Shown: one piece after another, positions 9,592-17,613 of the stretch
Numbering within the stretch: position 1 is the stretch's first letter
Layout of the letters: every line of letters begins with the position of its first letter
Assembly: GCF_000020385.1 (NCBI RefSeq)
Contig: NC_010814.1
Location: 1,560,001 to 1,592,000 of the forward strand
DNA from: Trichlorobacter lovleyi SZ
GTDB taxonomy: Bacteria; Desulfobacterota; Desulfuromonadia; Geobacterales; Pseudopelobacteraceae
Length of the DNA stretch: 32,000 nt
Reading direction: 5' to 3'
Notes under the pieces: model-generated
The model's database searches: none
What the model saw: the letters and a program-made list of their open reading frames with translations, nothing else
Told to the model about the DNA's origin: nothing
Made by a program: the position numbers and the translations under genes

Positions 9592-11429
9592 GATTTAATA
9601 TCTCTTTTTATAAAAATATTGTGCCATATTTCTAATGAAATTAGCATCCATAATTGACGGTCATTTATCTGCAATGATTTCATTTTATAATAATCAACAA
9701 AGTGGTAAATAAACGAGCTTTTATTGCTGATAACATCTTTAATAAATGCTGTAACATGCTGATCTGAAAGCCATGAATGAATCGGCGATACATAGCCCAT
9801 TTTCTGTTTGTTGTTTTTAACGTGATTGGGAAGTATATCAGAAAAAGCATCAATAAATATCTTCTTGTTTAGCACACCATCGATCATAAAATGGGGCGGG
9901 AGAGAGAATACGAATTCTACAAGACGGTGATCCAACAATGGAACTCTTGATTCAAGGCTATGAGCCATACTAGATCTGTCTTCGACGTGTAGTAAGCCGT
10001 GAAGCCAATAATTAAACTCAAATTTCTTTAATTCAGACAATTTTAAGCATCCGCTTACAGGAGAATTAGCACCTTCTTTTATTTTAATATCCTGTAACAA
10101 ACTGAAGCAACCATAGCCTCTCCACGTATCAATATAAATTTCACTAAGGGGCCTGCCAAATGACTTGAAAGAATCAAAGATTAAACGTAATGCAGTTCTT
10201 TTAGGTGAATTCAATAGAAAACTTATGACTACTTTGACTTTATCTAATAACTTGAAATCTGCTACAGATGAGAATGATAAAAATGATTTCAAAAGTAAAT
10301 TACTATACCAAGCATAACCAAAAAACAACTCATCTCCGCCCTGTCCACCCAACACTACCTTTGTCTGCTTTGCCACTTCACGACTGACTGCCATTTGCGA
10401 CAACAAGCTATAGCCCACTTCAGGTTCATCCATGAAATAGGTACTATTCTGCCACAAAGAAAGAGTATCCGCATTCTCTATTTCGATTTCATGATGATCA
10501 GCGTGAATCAAATCTGCCGTTAAGCGAGCATTTTGGGATTCATCAAATCGCGGATATTTCTTTGATGTAAAAGTATAGGTTGAAAGGCTGGATAATTCTT
10601 TTGCGGCCGATGTAGCTATAATTGTTGAATCGATACCCCCACTGAGGTATGAAGCAACTGGGACATCAGACCGTAAACGGATTTTCAATGAATCCTCTAC
10701 TAAGTTTTTTATCCTGAGCTTGGCCTCAGCATAGGATATGGAATAGTCTACCTCGACGTCTGCAAGGCTCCAGTATTCCCGGCTTTTAAAAACACCATTA
10801 CGTAATGTAGCGCAATGTCCGGGTAGGAGTTTATAGATTCCTGTAAAAAAAGTTTGAGCGCTTAACGTAAACTGATATTCGAGATATTGTCGAATTGCTA
10901 CTTCGTTAGGAATGCCCTCGATAATTCCACTAGAGATAACCTGTTTAGGTTCAGAAAAAAAGAAGAACTCGTTTTCGTTTTTAGAATAATAAAGTGGCTT
11001 TTCTCCGACCCTATCCCGTGCAAGGAAAAGGGTGCGCTCCAAGAGATCATATAAACCAAAAGCAAACATTCCATTCAAGTGTGTTACACAATCCTCACCC
11101 CATTCGGCATAAGCTGCAAGAATGACTTCTGTGTCAGATGTAGAGATAAAGTAATACCCTTTATTGGATAATTCTTCCTTTAATTCTAGATAATTATAAA
11201 TTTCACCGTTAAATGTAATAATAAAACGGTCCAAGTAGCACATGGGCTGGTGCCCGCTAGGGCTAAGATCAATGATAGCAAGCCTTCTATGCCCCAACAC
11301 GACATTCTCTGCTTCGAAAACTCCCATCCCGTCCGGTCCGCGATGATGAATTAGCTTAAGCATTTCAGCTATCTGCTCTGAATGGTTGCTTTTTTTATTT
11401 CTGTAAACAATCCCAGCGATTCCACACAT
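9585..11429 (-). CDS. Asparagine synthase (glutamine-hydrolysing) family amidotransferase, probably a sugar amidotransferase (WbpS/WbpG-like role)
   Basis: 614-aa ORF. The N-terminus MCGIAGIV supplies the Ntn catalytic Cys2. The glutaminase domain is followed by the PP-loop SGGIDS (VASYLSGGIDSTIIA). Its position inside an O-antigen-type gene block argues for a sugar-modifying role rather than housekeeping asnB. Confidence 0.8.
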   Translation of the reverse strand: MCGIAGIVYRNKKSNHSEQIAEMLKLIHHRGPDGMGVFEAENVVLGHRRLAIIDLSPSGHQPMCYLDRFIITFNGEIYNYLELKEELSNKGYYFISTSDTEVILAAYAEWGEDCVTHLNGMFAFGLYDLLERTLFLARDRVGEKPLYYSKNENEFFFFSEPKQVISSGIIEGIPNEVAIRQYLEYQFTLSAQTFFTGIYKLLPGHCATLRNGVFKSREYWSLADVEVDYSISYAEAKLRIKNLVEDSLKIRLRSDVPVASYLSGGIDSTIIATSAAKELSSLSTYTFTSKKYPRFDESQNARLTADLIHADHHEIEIENADTLSLWQNSTYFMDEPEVGYSLLSQMAVSREVAKQTKVVLGGQGGDELFFGYAWYSNLLLKSFLSFSSVADFKLLDKVKVVISFLLNSPKRTALRLIFDSFKSFGRPLSEIYIDTWRGYGCFSLLQDIKIKEGANSPVSGCLKLSELKKFEFNYWLHGLLHVEDRSSMAHSLESRVPLLDHRLVEFVFSLPPHFMIDGVLNKKIFIDAFSDILPNHVKNNKQKMGYVSPIHSWLSDQHVTAFIKDVISNKSSFIYHFVDYYKMKSLQINDRQLWMLISLEIWHNIFIKRDIKSC

Positions 11430-11432
11430 TTG

Positions 11433-11933
11433 TTATAGTTCCTTAATTATTCTGGCAGGGCTACCGGCAATAATAACATTACCTTGTGGAAAAGATTTAT
11501 TAACAACACTGTTAGCACCTACAATTGTCCGGTCACCTAACACAACACCGCTTAATATAACTGCACCAGCTCCTATCCAACAATTTCTGCCAATCACAAT
11601 CGAACCCTTGGAAGTCGGTTTATTGTAATCTGACAAATCATGATCTAGGCTAACCATCGATACATTGAAAGACCATATGGTACCTTCACCTATTTTTATC
11701 CCACTATAAGCATGAATGTAACATCCGCCACTAACAGCCAAGCTGTTTAAAACAGGTACAGAATTGTTTTCGATTTCTAAATTTTTTCCACATAAAACTC
11801 TTGAAGTATAATTTTTGAGGTAAGGGCAATCAGAGTCAATTAAAAAAAACTTTTGAAAAATCAAGTTTACTATTTTAATAGATAATATGTTTTTTATGTA
11901 ACTGACAATATGATGCATTTTTCTCGTTATCAT
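11433..11933 (-). CDS. Left-handed beta-helix (hexapeptide-repeat) acetyltransferase
   Basis: 166-aa ORF whose C-terminal half shows hexapeptide repeats (IVIGRNCWIGAGAVILSGVVLGDRTIVGANSVVNKSFPQGNVIIAGSPARII). 4-nt overlap with the wzx-like gene upstream. Confidence 0.7.
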   Translation of the reverse strand: MITRKMHHIVSYIKNILSIKIVNLIFQKFFLIDSDCPYLKNYTSRVLCGKNLEIENNSVPVLNSLAVSGGCYIHAYSGIKIGEGTIWSFNVSMVSLDHDLSDYNKPTSKGSIVIGRNCWIGAGAVILSGVVLGDRTIVGANSVVNKSFPQGNVIIAGSPARIIKEL

Positions 11934-13195
11934 TTGCCACCTCGTGCAAGTCTGTAAGATACATAAAGATAAATCGAATAGTTAACACATTGAACAACAG
12001 ATATGTAAAAGATAAATCTGAAGTGGTTATTTTCTTTTACACCTAAAACAACTGCTGAAGTCATCATTACAAAAAACAATACGTTGAAAAACAAGTTTAA
12101 GTTTTGCCTCTGAGTAACTTGAAATGTATAACTCAATGGATTTACTAAGAAATTCAAAAGATATGAAGGGGCTAATATCTGTGCTATCACACCAGCATCG
12201 CGCCATTGATTGCCAAATACAAATGAAAAAATTGCAGGTGCGAAAAAAGCTAGAATACAAGTTGGTACAGCTCCAAGCATTAAAAGCTTAAAAAATACTT
12301 TTATATAAATATCCTTGCAGTTGCCATGCTTAAGGTAGTCTTCAGTAGCTCTTTGTTTAAATACATCAAGTATTGAATTAGATATAAGTCCAATAGGCGC
12401 CATGACTATCTTATTCATTAGTGAATAATTACCTAGAAGACCTAAACCCAAATACTTACCCATTGCTAACAATGGCAGTTGGTTAGATACAATATTAATC
12501 AATATAGCTGGTATGTCATATTTCGGGTAACGTATGTACTTAATAGCAATGTATTCTGCTTGTTTTCTTCCACACGGTTTAAAAAAACCTCTAATTTCAC
12601 TTGATCTAAATATCATCCAAATAGTTATCAGATAAGCACCAATATTTGAAGCTAACATACCAAGTGCCCCAAACCCAAGCAATCCTAATCCAACTTGAGA
12701 AGGCCCTGATATTGCAGAAAAACACACTTTGTTAATGGATAGTTGCTTGAATTTACTTTGTCTGATAAGCAGGTAATTCAATGTCTGGTATAAACCGGTA
12801 ATTATGACAGAAAATGGCGCTATATATAGCCATCCTGAAATTTCAGGACGATTTAGCATTGAAGCAACCTGCTTATTAAAGACAACAAACAGCACAAAAC
12901 AAATTAAGGTGACCAGCATCATCATTACAGTTGCTACAAATACAATAATTATTACCTCGTCATCCTCATCTTTTGAGGGCATCATGATCGCCATCTCATA
13001 GCGGCCAGTCGCAATCACTGAAATGATTCCCACAATTGACATATAAAATGCAAAGAGTCCGAAATCTGCTGGCGAATATAAACGCGAAAGAATGGGACTG
13101 ATTGCTATCGGTATTATTTGGGCAATAGTGGTCCCTGTCATCAATGTGATAACATTACGGGCAAATTCACTTTTAGGCTTAGTGAGTTTCAGCAT
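11930..13195 (-). CDS. wzx: Wzx-type polysaccharide/O-unit flippase (MOP superfamily)
   Basis: Roughly 12 hydrophobic segments. The N-terminus MLKLTKPKSEFARNVITLMTGTTIAQIIPIAISPILSRLYSPADFG is typical of Wzx/RfbX flippases. Start set at ATG 13195 (GAGGA RBS 5 nt upstream) rather than the track start 13213. Confidence 0.75.
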   Translation of the reverse strand: MLKLTKPKSEFARNVITLMTGTTIAQIIPIAISPILSRLYSPADFGLFAFYMSIVGIISVIATGRYEMAIMMPSKDEDDEVIIIVFVATVMMMLVTLICFVLFVVFNKQVASMLNRPEISGWLYIAPFSVIITGLYQTLNYLLIRQSKFKQLSINKVCFSAISGPSQVGLGLLGFGALGMLASNIGAYLITIWMIFRSSEIRGFFKPCGRKQAEYIAIKYIRYPKYDIPAILINIVSNQLPLLAMGKYLGLGLLGNYSLMNKIVMAPIGLISNSILDVFKQRATEDYLKHGNCKDIYIKVFFKLLMLGAVPTCILAFFAPAIFSFVFGNQWRDAGVIAQILAPSYLLNFLVNPLSYTFQVTQRQNLNLFFNVLFFVMMTSAVVLGVKENNHFRFIFYISVVQCVNYSIYLYVSYRLARGGK

Positions 13196-13287
13196 ACTAT
13201 CCTCGCAGTCCAATTGCCGAGACGTCTTTACCCCATTTGACGTTCACCCGCTAAAAGCACCGGCAGCAGCTTACCTTTCCGATCTTT

Positions 13288-14543
13288 TGATTCTGGTCCT
13301 GTGCGCTGTAAATTCTTCCGGTGTCATTCTAATTCATTCAAGTCATAGAAAATATTCCGTTAAGCGAGTATACTCAATGACGGAGGAGTTTAATGGCAAT
13401 GAAAGCAAAGTCAAACCAAGTAAGACAGCGTTATTCTCAACAGTTCAAGACAGAAACGCTGGCGTTTGTTGAAAAGGTCGGCATTCCTGCAGCAGTCAAA
13501 CAATTAGGTCTTCACGAAAGCCAGTTTTACCCCTGACGCAATTAGTTTCGTCTTTCACAGGAGCGCAGTGCTGTAGAAGAACGGCTTCTTGCTGAGAATG
13601 CTCGACTCAAGAGTCAGTTGGCTGAGCAGGTCGTGGAGCTGGCACTAGTGAAAAGGCCGCAGCGTATTTCGCGAAAAGCCTGAAGAGAAGTACGCCTTTA
13701 TCCGTGAGCATGTTGGCCAGTTTTGAGTCAGCAGCATCTATCGGGCTCTCGTCGTTTCACACAGTGGCTATTATCGCTGGTTAAACCGCGACCAACGGCC
13801 AATAAGCCGTCAGATGCAGCGTGAATTTCTCGATCAGTTAGTTGCAGGTGCCTTTGCTGTCTGGAAGAAACGCTCAGTATCGCTGATGCTGGCTCTTTAC
13901 CTAAAAGAGCAAGGTCACCATTATGATCGCAAAACTGTGGCTGCCAGCATGAAACGCCAACATCTGAGGGCGAAGGTAGCAAAGACGTTCAAGGCAACCA
14001 CCAATTCTAAGTACGACCTACAGGTGGCACCGAACCTGCTGCAGCAATATTTCAGCGCTGCGGCACCAAACCAGAAGTAAGTGGTGACATTACCTACTTT
14101 TGAACTGAAGATGGCTGGCTCTACTTGGTCGTTATAATCGACCTTTACCCGCCTGCCAGTTAACTAGCGAAGCACAGAAAATGGCTTTATGACGTCGAAG
14201 AATGCCCAAAGGGGTGAGCGTCCACTCCGACAGCGGCAGTCAATACTGCTCAGTCCCCTATCAACCGGTACTGACGCAGTATTCGCTGATTTGCAGCATG
14301 AGCGCCAAGGGCAACTGTTATGACAACGCCTGTGCTGAAAGTTTCTTCCACACCTTGAAAGTTGAAGCCATTCAAGGAGAACGATTTGTAACTCGCGAAG
14401 AGGTGCGTCATACTGTGTTAGAATATATTGAAGTAGACTACAGTTGTAATCAACGCCACAACGCAATTGGTCGTATCAGCACAATAGCGTTTGAGGTTCT
14501 CAAAGCAGCTTAGCTGAATGTCTACTCTGATCGGGCAAGATCA
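13288..14543 (+). mobile_element. IS3-family insertion sequence relic (boundaries tentative)
   Basis: Contains decayed orfA/orfB (next feature). Candidate ends are TGATTCTGG... at 13288 and ...GCAAGATCA at 14543 (TG...CA termini, weak inverted-repeat similarity). The ~1.26-kb length fits IS3 family members. Confidence 0.6.
13393..14513 (+). pseudogene. IS3-family transposase OrfA/OrfB, inactivated by several stops, frameshifts and an internal deletion
   Basis: OrfA-like MAMKAKSNQVRQRYSQQFKTETLAFVEKVGIPAAVKQLGLHESQFYP then TGA where IS3 OrfA proteins have W (..YNWR..), followed by a leucine-zipper remnant (LLAENARLKSQLAEQVVELALVK). OrfB fragments in shifting frames: KYAFIREHVGQF, YYRWLNRDQRPISRQMQREFLDQL, YDRKTVAASMKRQHLRAKVAK, GDITYF-stop-TEDGWLYLVVIIDLY, VHSDSGSQYCS, SMSAKGNCYDNACAESFFHTLKVEAI (rve integrase core). 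Confidence 0.8.
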
Positions 14544-14545
14544 GC

Positions 14546-15691
14546 TTAGTGTAGAAAGAGATTCAGTATCTTATTGGAAGCATCGCCCGTGCCATATAGT
14601 GCTCGATCGACATCGACTGTTTTAGACGACATCTCCTGAAAACATGCAAGTATCCGCATGTAATCCGCACTGGCCAAGATGTTAAAGCCATTATCTACCA
14701 GCTCGACCCACTCCGTTTCATCACGCAAGGTGATACAGGGCTTGCCAAAGAAATAGGCCTCTTTTTGTAAGCCGCCACTGTCAGTCATAACCATCGTCGC
14801 ATGTTTCAGCAGCTCAACCATGTCAAAATAACCAACCGGGTCCAGTAGTGTCAGAGCATCGTTGATTATAGCGAGTGCATCAGAACCGCTGAATACAGTC
14901 GTAAGTATATTGCGTGTGCGCGGGTGCAAAGGCACTACTACACGCATGTCTTTGTTGATTTCTACCAGAGCTCTGAAAATGCTTTTCAACCGATCTGGAT
15001 CATCAGTATTTTCAGCACGATGGATGGTGCAGAGAACAAACTTCCGGCCTTTCAAATTCAAGCCTTTCATAACGGTACTTCGTTCAGCAGAAAACGTACT
15101 GTAATGTAAGGCGGCGTCATACATTACATCTCCTGTGTTGACAACCAGCGGTACGCTATTTGCTGATAGCAGCTTGTCGCTATTTTGAAAACCTTCGGCA
15201 ACAAGATTTTTAACTGCTGTTTCAGTCGGGCAGCAGAGGATGTCGCTGATCCGGTCGGTGAGGATACGGTTAATCTCTTCAGGCATATTCATATTGAAAC
15301 TACGGAGCCCTGCTTCCACATGCACAACCTTGATATGGAGCTTTCTTGCTGCCAATGCTCCGGCAAGGGTAGAATTAGTATCACCATAGACAAGCACATA
15401 ATCAGGCTTTTCCTTAAGCAGTACTTCTTCGATTTTCTCCAGCATTCTGCCAGTCATAGCGCCATGGCTGAGCGAGTTTATTGCAAGGTGATAGTCAGGC
15501 TTTGGTATATCCATTTCTTCAAAGAAGATGTCTGACATATTGGCATCAAAATGCTGGCCAGTGTGAACAATAATTTCGCTAATTGAGGATTGTTGATCGT
15601 TTCGCGCTGCGATATGAGCCGCAATGGAACGGCTGACGGCAGCTGCCTTGATAAATTGCGGGCGTGCCCCGATGATGGTTACAATCTTCAC
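14546..15691 (-). CDS. wbpI: UDP-N-acetylglucosamine-type 2-epimerase (WbpI/WecB family), predicted UDP-2,3-diacetamido-2,3-dideoxy-D-glucuronate 2-epimerase
   Basis: 381-aa ORF. The N-terminus (V)KIVTIIGARPQFIKAAAV and later blocks (VLVYGDTNSTLAGALAA, HVEAGLRS, PEEINR, DSGGLQKEA) are hallmarks of non-hydrolysing 2-epimerases. GTG start overlaps the wbpE stop (GTGA). Co-located with wbpA/B/D/E. Confidence 0.85.
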   Translation of the reverse strand: MKIVTIIGARPQFIKAAAVSRSIAAHIAARNDQQSSISEIIVHTGQHFDANMSDIFFEEMDIPKPDYHLAINSLSHGAMTGRMLEKIEEVLLKEKPDYVLVYGDTNSTLAGALAARKLHIKVVHVEAGLRSFNMNMPEEINRILTDRISDILCCPTETAVKNLVAEGFQNSDKLLSANSVPLVVNTGDVMYDAALHYSTFSAERSTVMKGLNLKGRKFVLCTIHRAENTDDPDRLKSIFRALVEINKDMRVVVPLHPRTRNILTTVFSGSDALAIINDALTLLDPVGYFDMVELLKHATMVMTDSGGLQKEAYFFGKPCITLRDETEWVELVDNGFNILASADYMRILACFQEMSSKTVDVDRALYGTGDASNKILNLFLH

Positions 15692-17295
15692 TTTATAACT
15701 CCAGCTCCAGCGACTGTAGTAGAGATAGCTATCTGTTGATCTGTTGCAAGATACGCGTGCATCGGCAGGCTTATGACCCGTTGTGCCAGTGCGGCTGCCA
15801 CTGGTGTTTCAGCACCTTTGCACAGAGTTTTATAGGCAGGTTGTTCATTCAACGGAATCGGATAGTGGACTGCGGTGGGGATGGACAAGGGTGAAGGGGG
15901 AAGAGTGAAGGATGAAGAAGAGACGCCTTCAGTTAACCTCTTCTGCAGCTCATCTCGATTATCCACCAACACGGTGTACTGGGCGAAGACGCCGGTTCGA
16001 TCAGGCCGTTGCTGTACCCGCTGGATACCGTGTTGATCCATCAGTTGATTGTACTGCGCACCGATCTTGATCCGCTGTTTTATTTCCCACTCAAACTGTT
16101 CTAATTTGGCCAGCAGCACGGCAGCCTGGATGGTGTCAAACCGCCCGCCAACACCGATGCGGGTATGGACATACCGTTTGCTCTGGCCATGCACCCTTAT
16201 CTCACGGCAGGCCTGGGCTAGGGCGTCATCACTGGTGAAGATGGCTCCGCCATCGCCATAGCAGCCTAGCGGTTTACTGGGAAAGAAGCTGGTGCAGCCG
16301 ACCGTGCTTACGTTGCAGGATTTTCTGCCTTTGTAGGTGGCGCCAAAGGACTGGCAGGCGTCTTCAATAACCGGCAAACCATGCTTTGCTGCAACGGCGT
16401 TGATCTCATCCATATCGGCCGGTTGCCCATACAGGCTGACCGGGATGATGGCCTTTGTTTTGTCAGTAATGGCTGCCTTTATCTTGCTGGGGTCAATGTT
16501 GCAGGTGTCAGGCTCAACATCCACAAAGACCGGTGTGGCACCCAAGAGGACAATCACTTCGGCAGTGGCAACAAAGGTAAAGGGGGGGGTGATGACTTCA
16601 ACGCCTGGGCCTATACCCAACGCCATCAGGCTGATCAGCAGCGCCTCGGTACCGCTGGCTACGGTGATGCAGTGCTGTGCACCGGTGTAGGTAGCCAATT
16701 TTTCTTCCAGTTGCTTGATTTCTGGCCCCATGATGTACTGGCCGTGACGAAGAACTGTCGCAATATTTTTCTCAATGTTTGGCAAAATCCGGTGTTGCTG
16801 TGCTGCCAGATCAATAAAGGGAATTGATCCCTTCGCAGTATCGCTAGATGTTATCCAGGCCAAGGCTTGCGCTGGATTAAAAACAGGTACTTCACCTAAT
16901 GCATCAAACTCCTCATCTTCAGAGACAATACACACAGATGCACCATGCAGGCTTCTGATCGAAGCAGCAATCTGAGCATCTTCAAAGTCTTTAGCAGAGC
17001 TGTAGATTCCCTTCTGATCAAAGCCATAGTTGGTTAGAATATCGACACATTGAAAAAGATCCGTCATCAGTCCAGAGACCAGAGTTTGTACCTCATCTGG
17101 TGGGACACCACGCTGCTTAAATGAACGCTTGGCAACATATTCAATGGTTGGAATGCTGGACGCTGATAACCACAGCTTTACCTGATCAGCTCTTGAGAGA
17201 TCTAAAATCTTTTCTGTGATCTCTTCAGAACCTAGCCCCAACCAAGTGTCAACTATCACGTTTACATCAAGTAGTAGATGTTTATCACCTCTCAA
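15688..17295 (-). CDS. wbpE: Single ORF fusing a PIN-domain (PIN_3-like) toxin (codons 1-156; 17295-16828) to a DegT/WbpE-type PLP aminotransferase (16827-15688)
   Basis: Track ORF 15688-17487; its first 64 codons overlap the antitoxin gene out of frame and are discarded. A TTG at 17295 (GGAGGAG 9-12 nt upstream) gives (M)RGDKHLLLDVNVIVDTW...SIPTIEYV...KDFEDAQIAASI...CIVSEDEEF...VFNPAQALAWI, a PIN layout with four acidic residues. From SIPFIDLAAQQHRILPNIEKNIATVLRHGQYIMGPEIKQLEEKLA... to the end it aligns by eye with P. aeruginosa WbpE (FIDL, RHGQYI.GPE, ASGT.AL, IPVSLYGQ.AD, SFFPSKPLGCYGDGGAIFT, TAVHYPIPLN.QPA). There is no stop and no ATG/GTG at the junction. Confidence 0.6.
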   Translation of the reverse strand: MRGDKHLLLDVNVIVDTWLGLGSEEITEKILDLSRADQVKLWLSASSIPTIEYVAKRSFKQRGVPPDEVQTLVSGLMTDLFQCVDILTNYGFDQKGIYSSAKDFEDAQIAASIRSLHGASVCIVSEDEEFDALGEVPVFNPAQALAWITSSDTAKGSIPFIDLAAQQHRILPNIEKNIATVLRHGQYIMGPEIKQLEEKLATYTGAQHCITVASGTEALLISLMALGIGPGVEVITPPFTFVATAEVIVLLGATPVFVDVEPDTCNIDPSKIKAAITDKTKAIIPVSLYGQPADMDEINAVAAKHGLPVIEDACQSFGATYKGRKSCNVSTVGCTSFFPSKPLGCYGDGGAIFTSDDALAQACREIRVHGQSKRYVHTRIGVGGRFDTIQAAVLLAKLEQFEWEIKQRIKIGAQYNQLMDQHGIQRVQQRPDRTGVFAQYTVLVDNRDELQKRLTEGVSSSSFTLPPSPLSIPTAVHYPIPLNEQPAYKTLCKGAETPVAAALAQRVISLPMHAYLATDQQIAISTTVAGAGVIK

Positions 17296-17593
17296 TGTAC
17301 TTCTCCTCCAGATGCTCATGCCACAGTGCCTTGTAATCTGCTTTGCCTGATGGTCCACCATGATGTCGCCATTTACCAAGTAGTGCGTCAAGGCGTTCGC
17401 GTGTGGGTGACAGATGAGCAGTTGAAGGTTGCTGTTCGACCAGAGTAGGCTGGACAATTGTTGACTGAAGTTGAGCCTCTTCTTCAATATATTTGTCAGG
17501 AATTATTACATCCAGTTCAATTCTTTTTGCTCTTAAATAAACAGGCTGCTGGAATGTAAGCTTTCCATCTTCATAAATTGCATGTACTTGCAT
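17285..17593 (-). CDS. Small antitoxin-like protein (AF2212/DUF104-like N-terminus) upstream of the PIN ORF
   Basis: 102-aa ORF. MQVHAIYEDGKLTFQQPVYLRAKRIELDVIIPD resembles the MxxIxAxYENGxLKPLEPLxLxEGxxVxxxI signature of DUF104-type antitoxins that pair with PIN toxins. AAGGAA RBS. Its 3' end overlaps the TTG start of the PIN ORF by 11 nt. Confidence 0.6.
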   Translation of the reverse strand: MQVHAIYEDGKLTFQQPVYLRAKRIELDVIIPDKYIEEEAQLQSTIVQPTLVEQQPSTAHLSPTRERLDALLGKWRHHGGPSGKADYKALWHEHLEEKYIER

Positions 17594-17613
17594 ACTTGTT
17601 CCTTTTATTACCT

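Noticed and set aside
17296-17487. The 64-codon N-terminal extension of track ORF 15688-17487 (MKKRLNFSQQ...)
   Set aside because: It overlaps the antitoxin gene in another frame and has no homology-like features. A TTG at 17295 with an upstream GGAGGAG gives a canonical PIN N-terminus (..KHLLLDVNV..).
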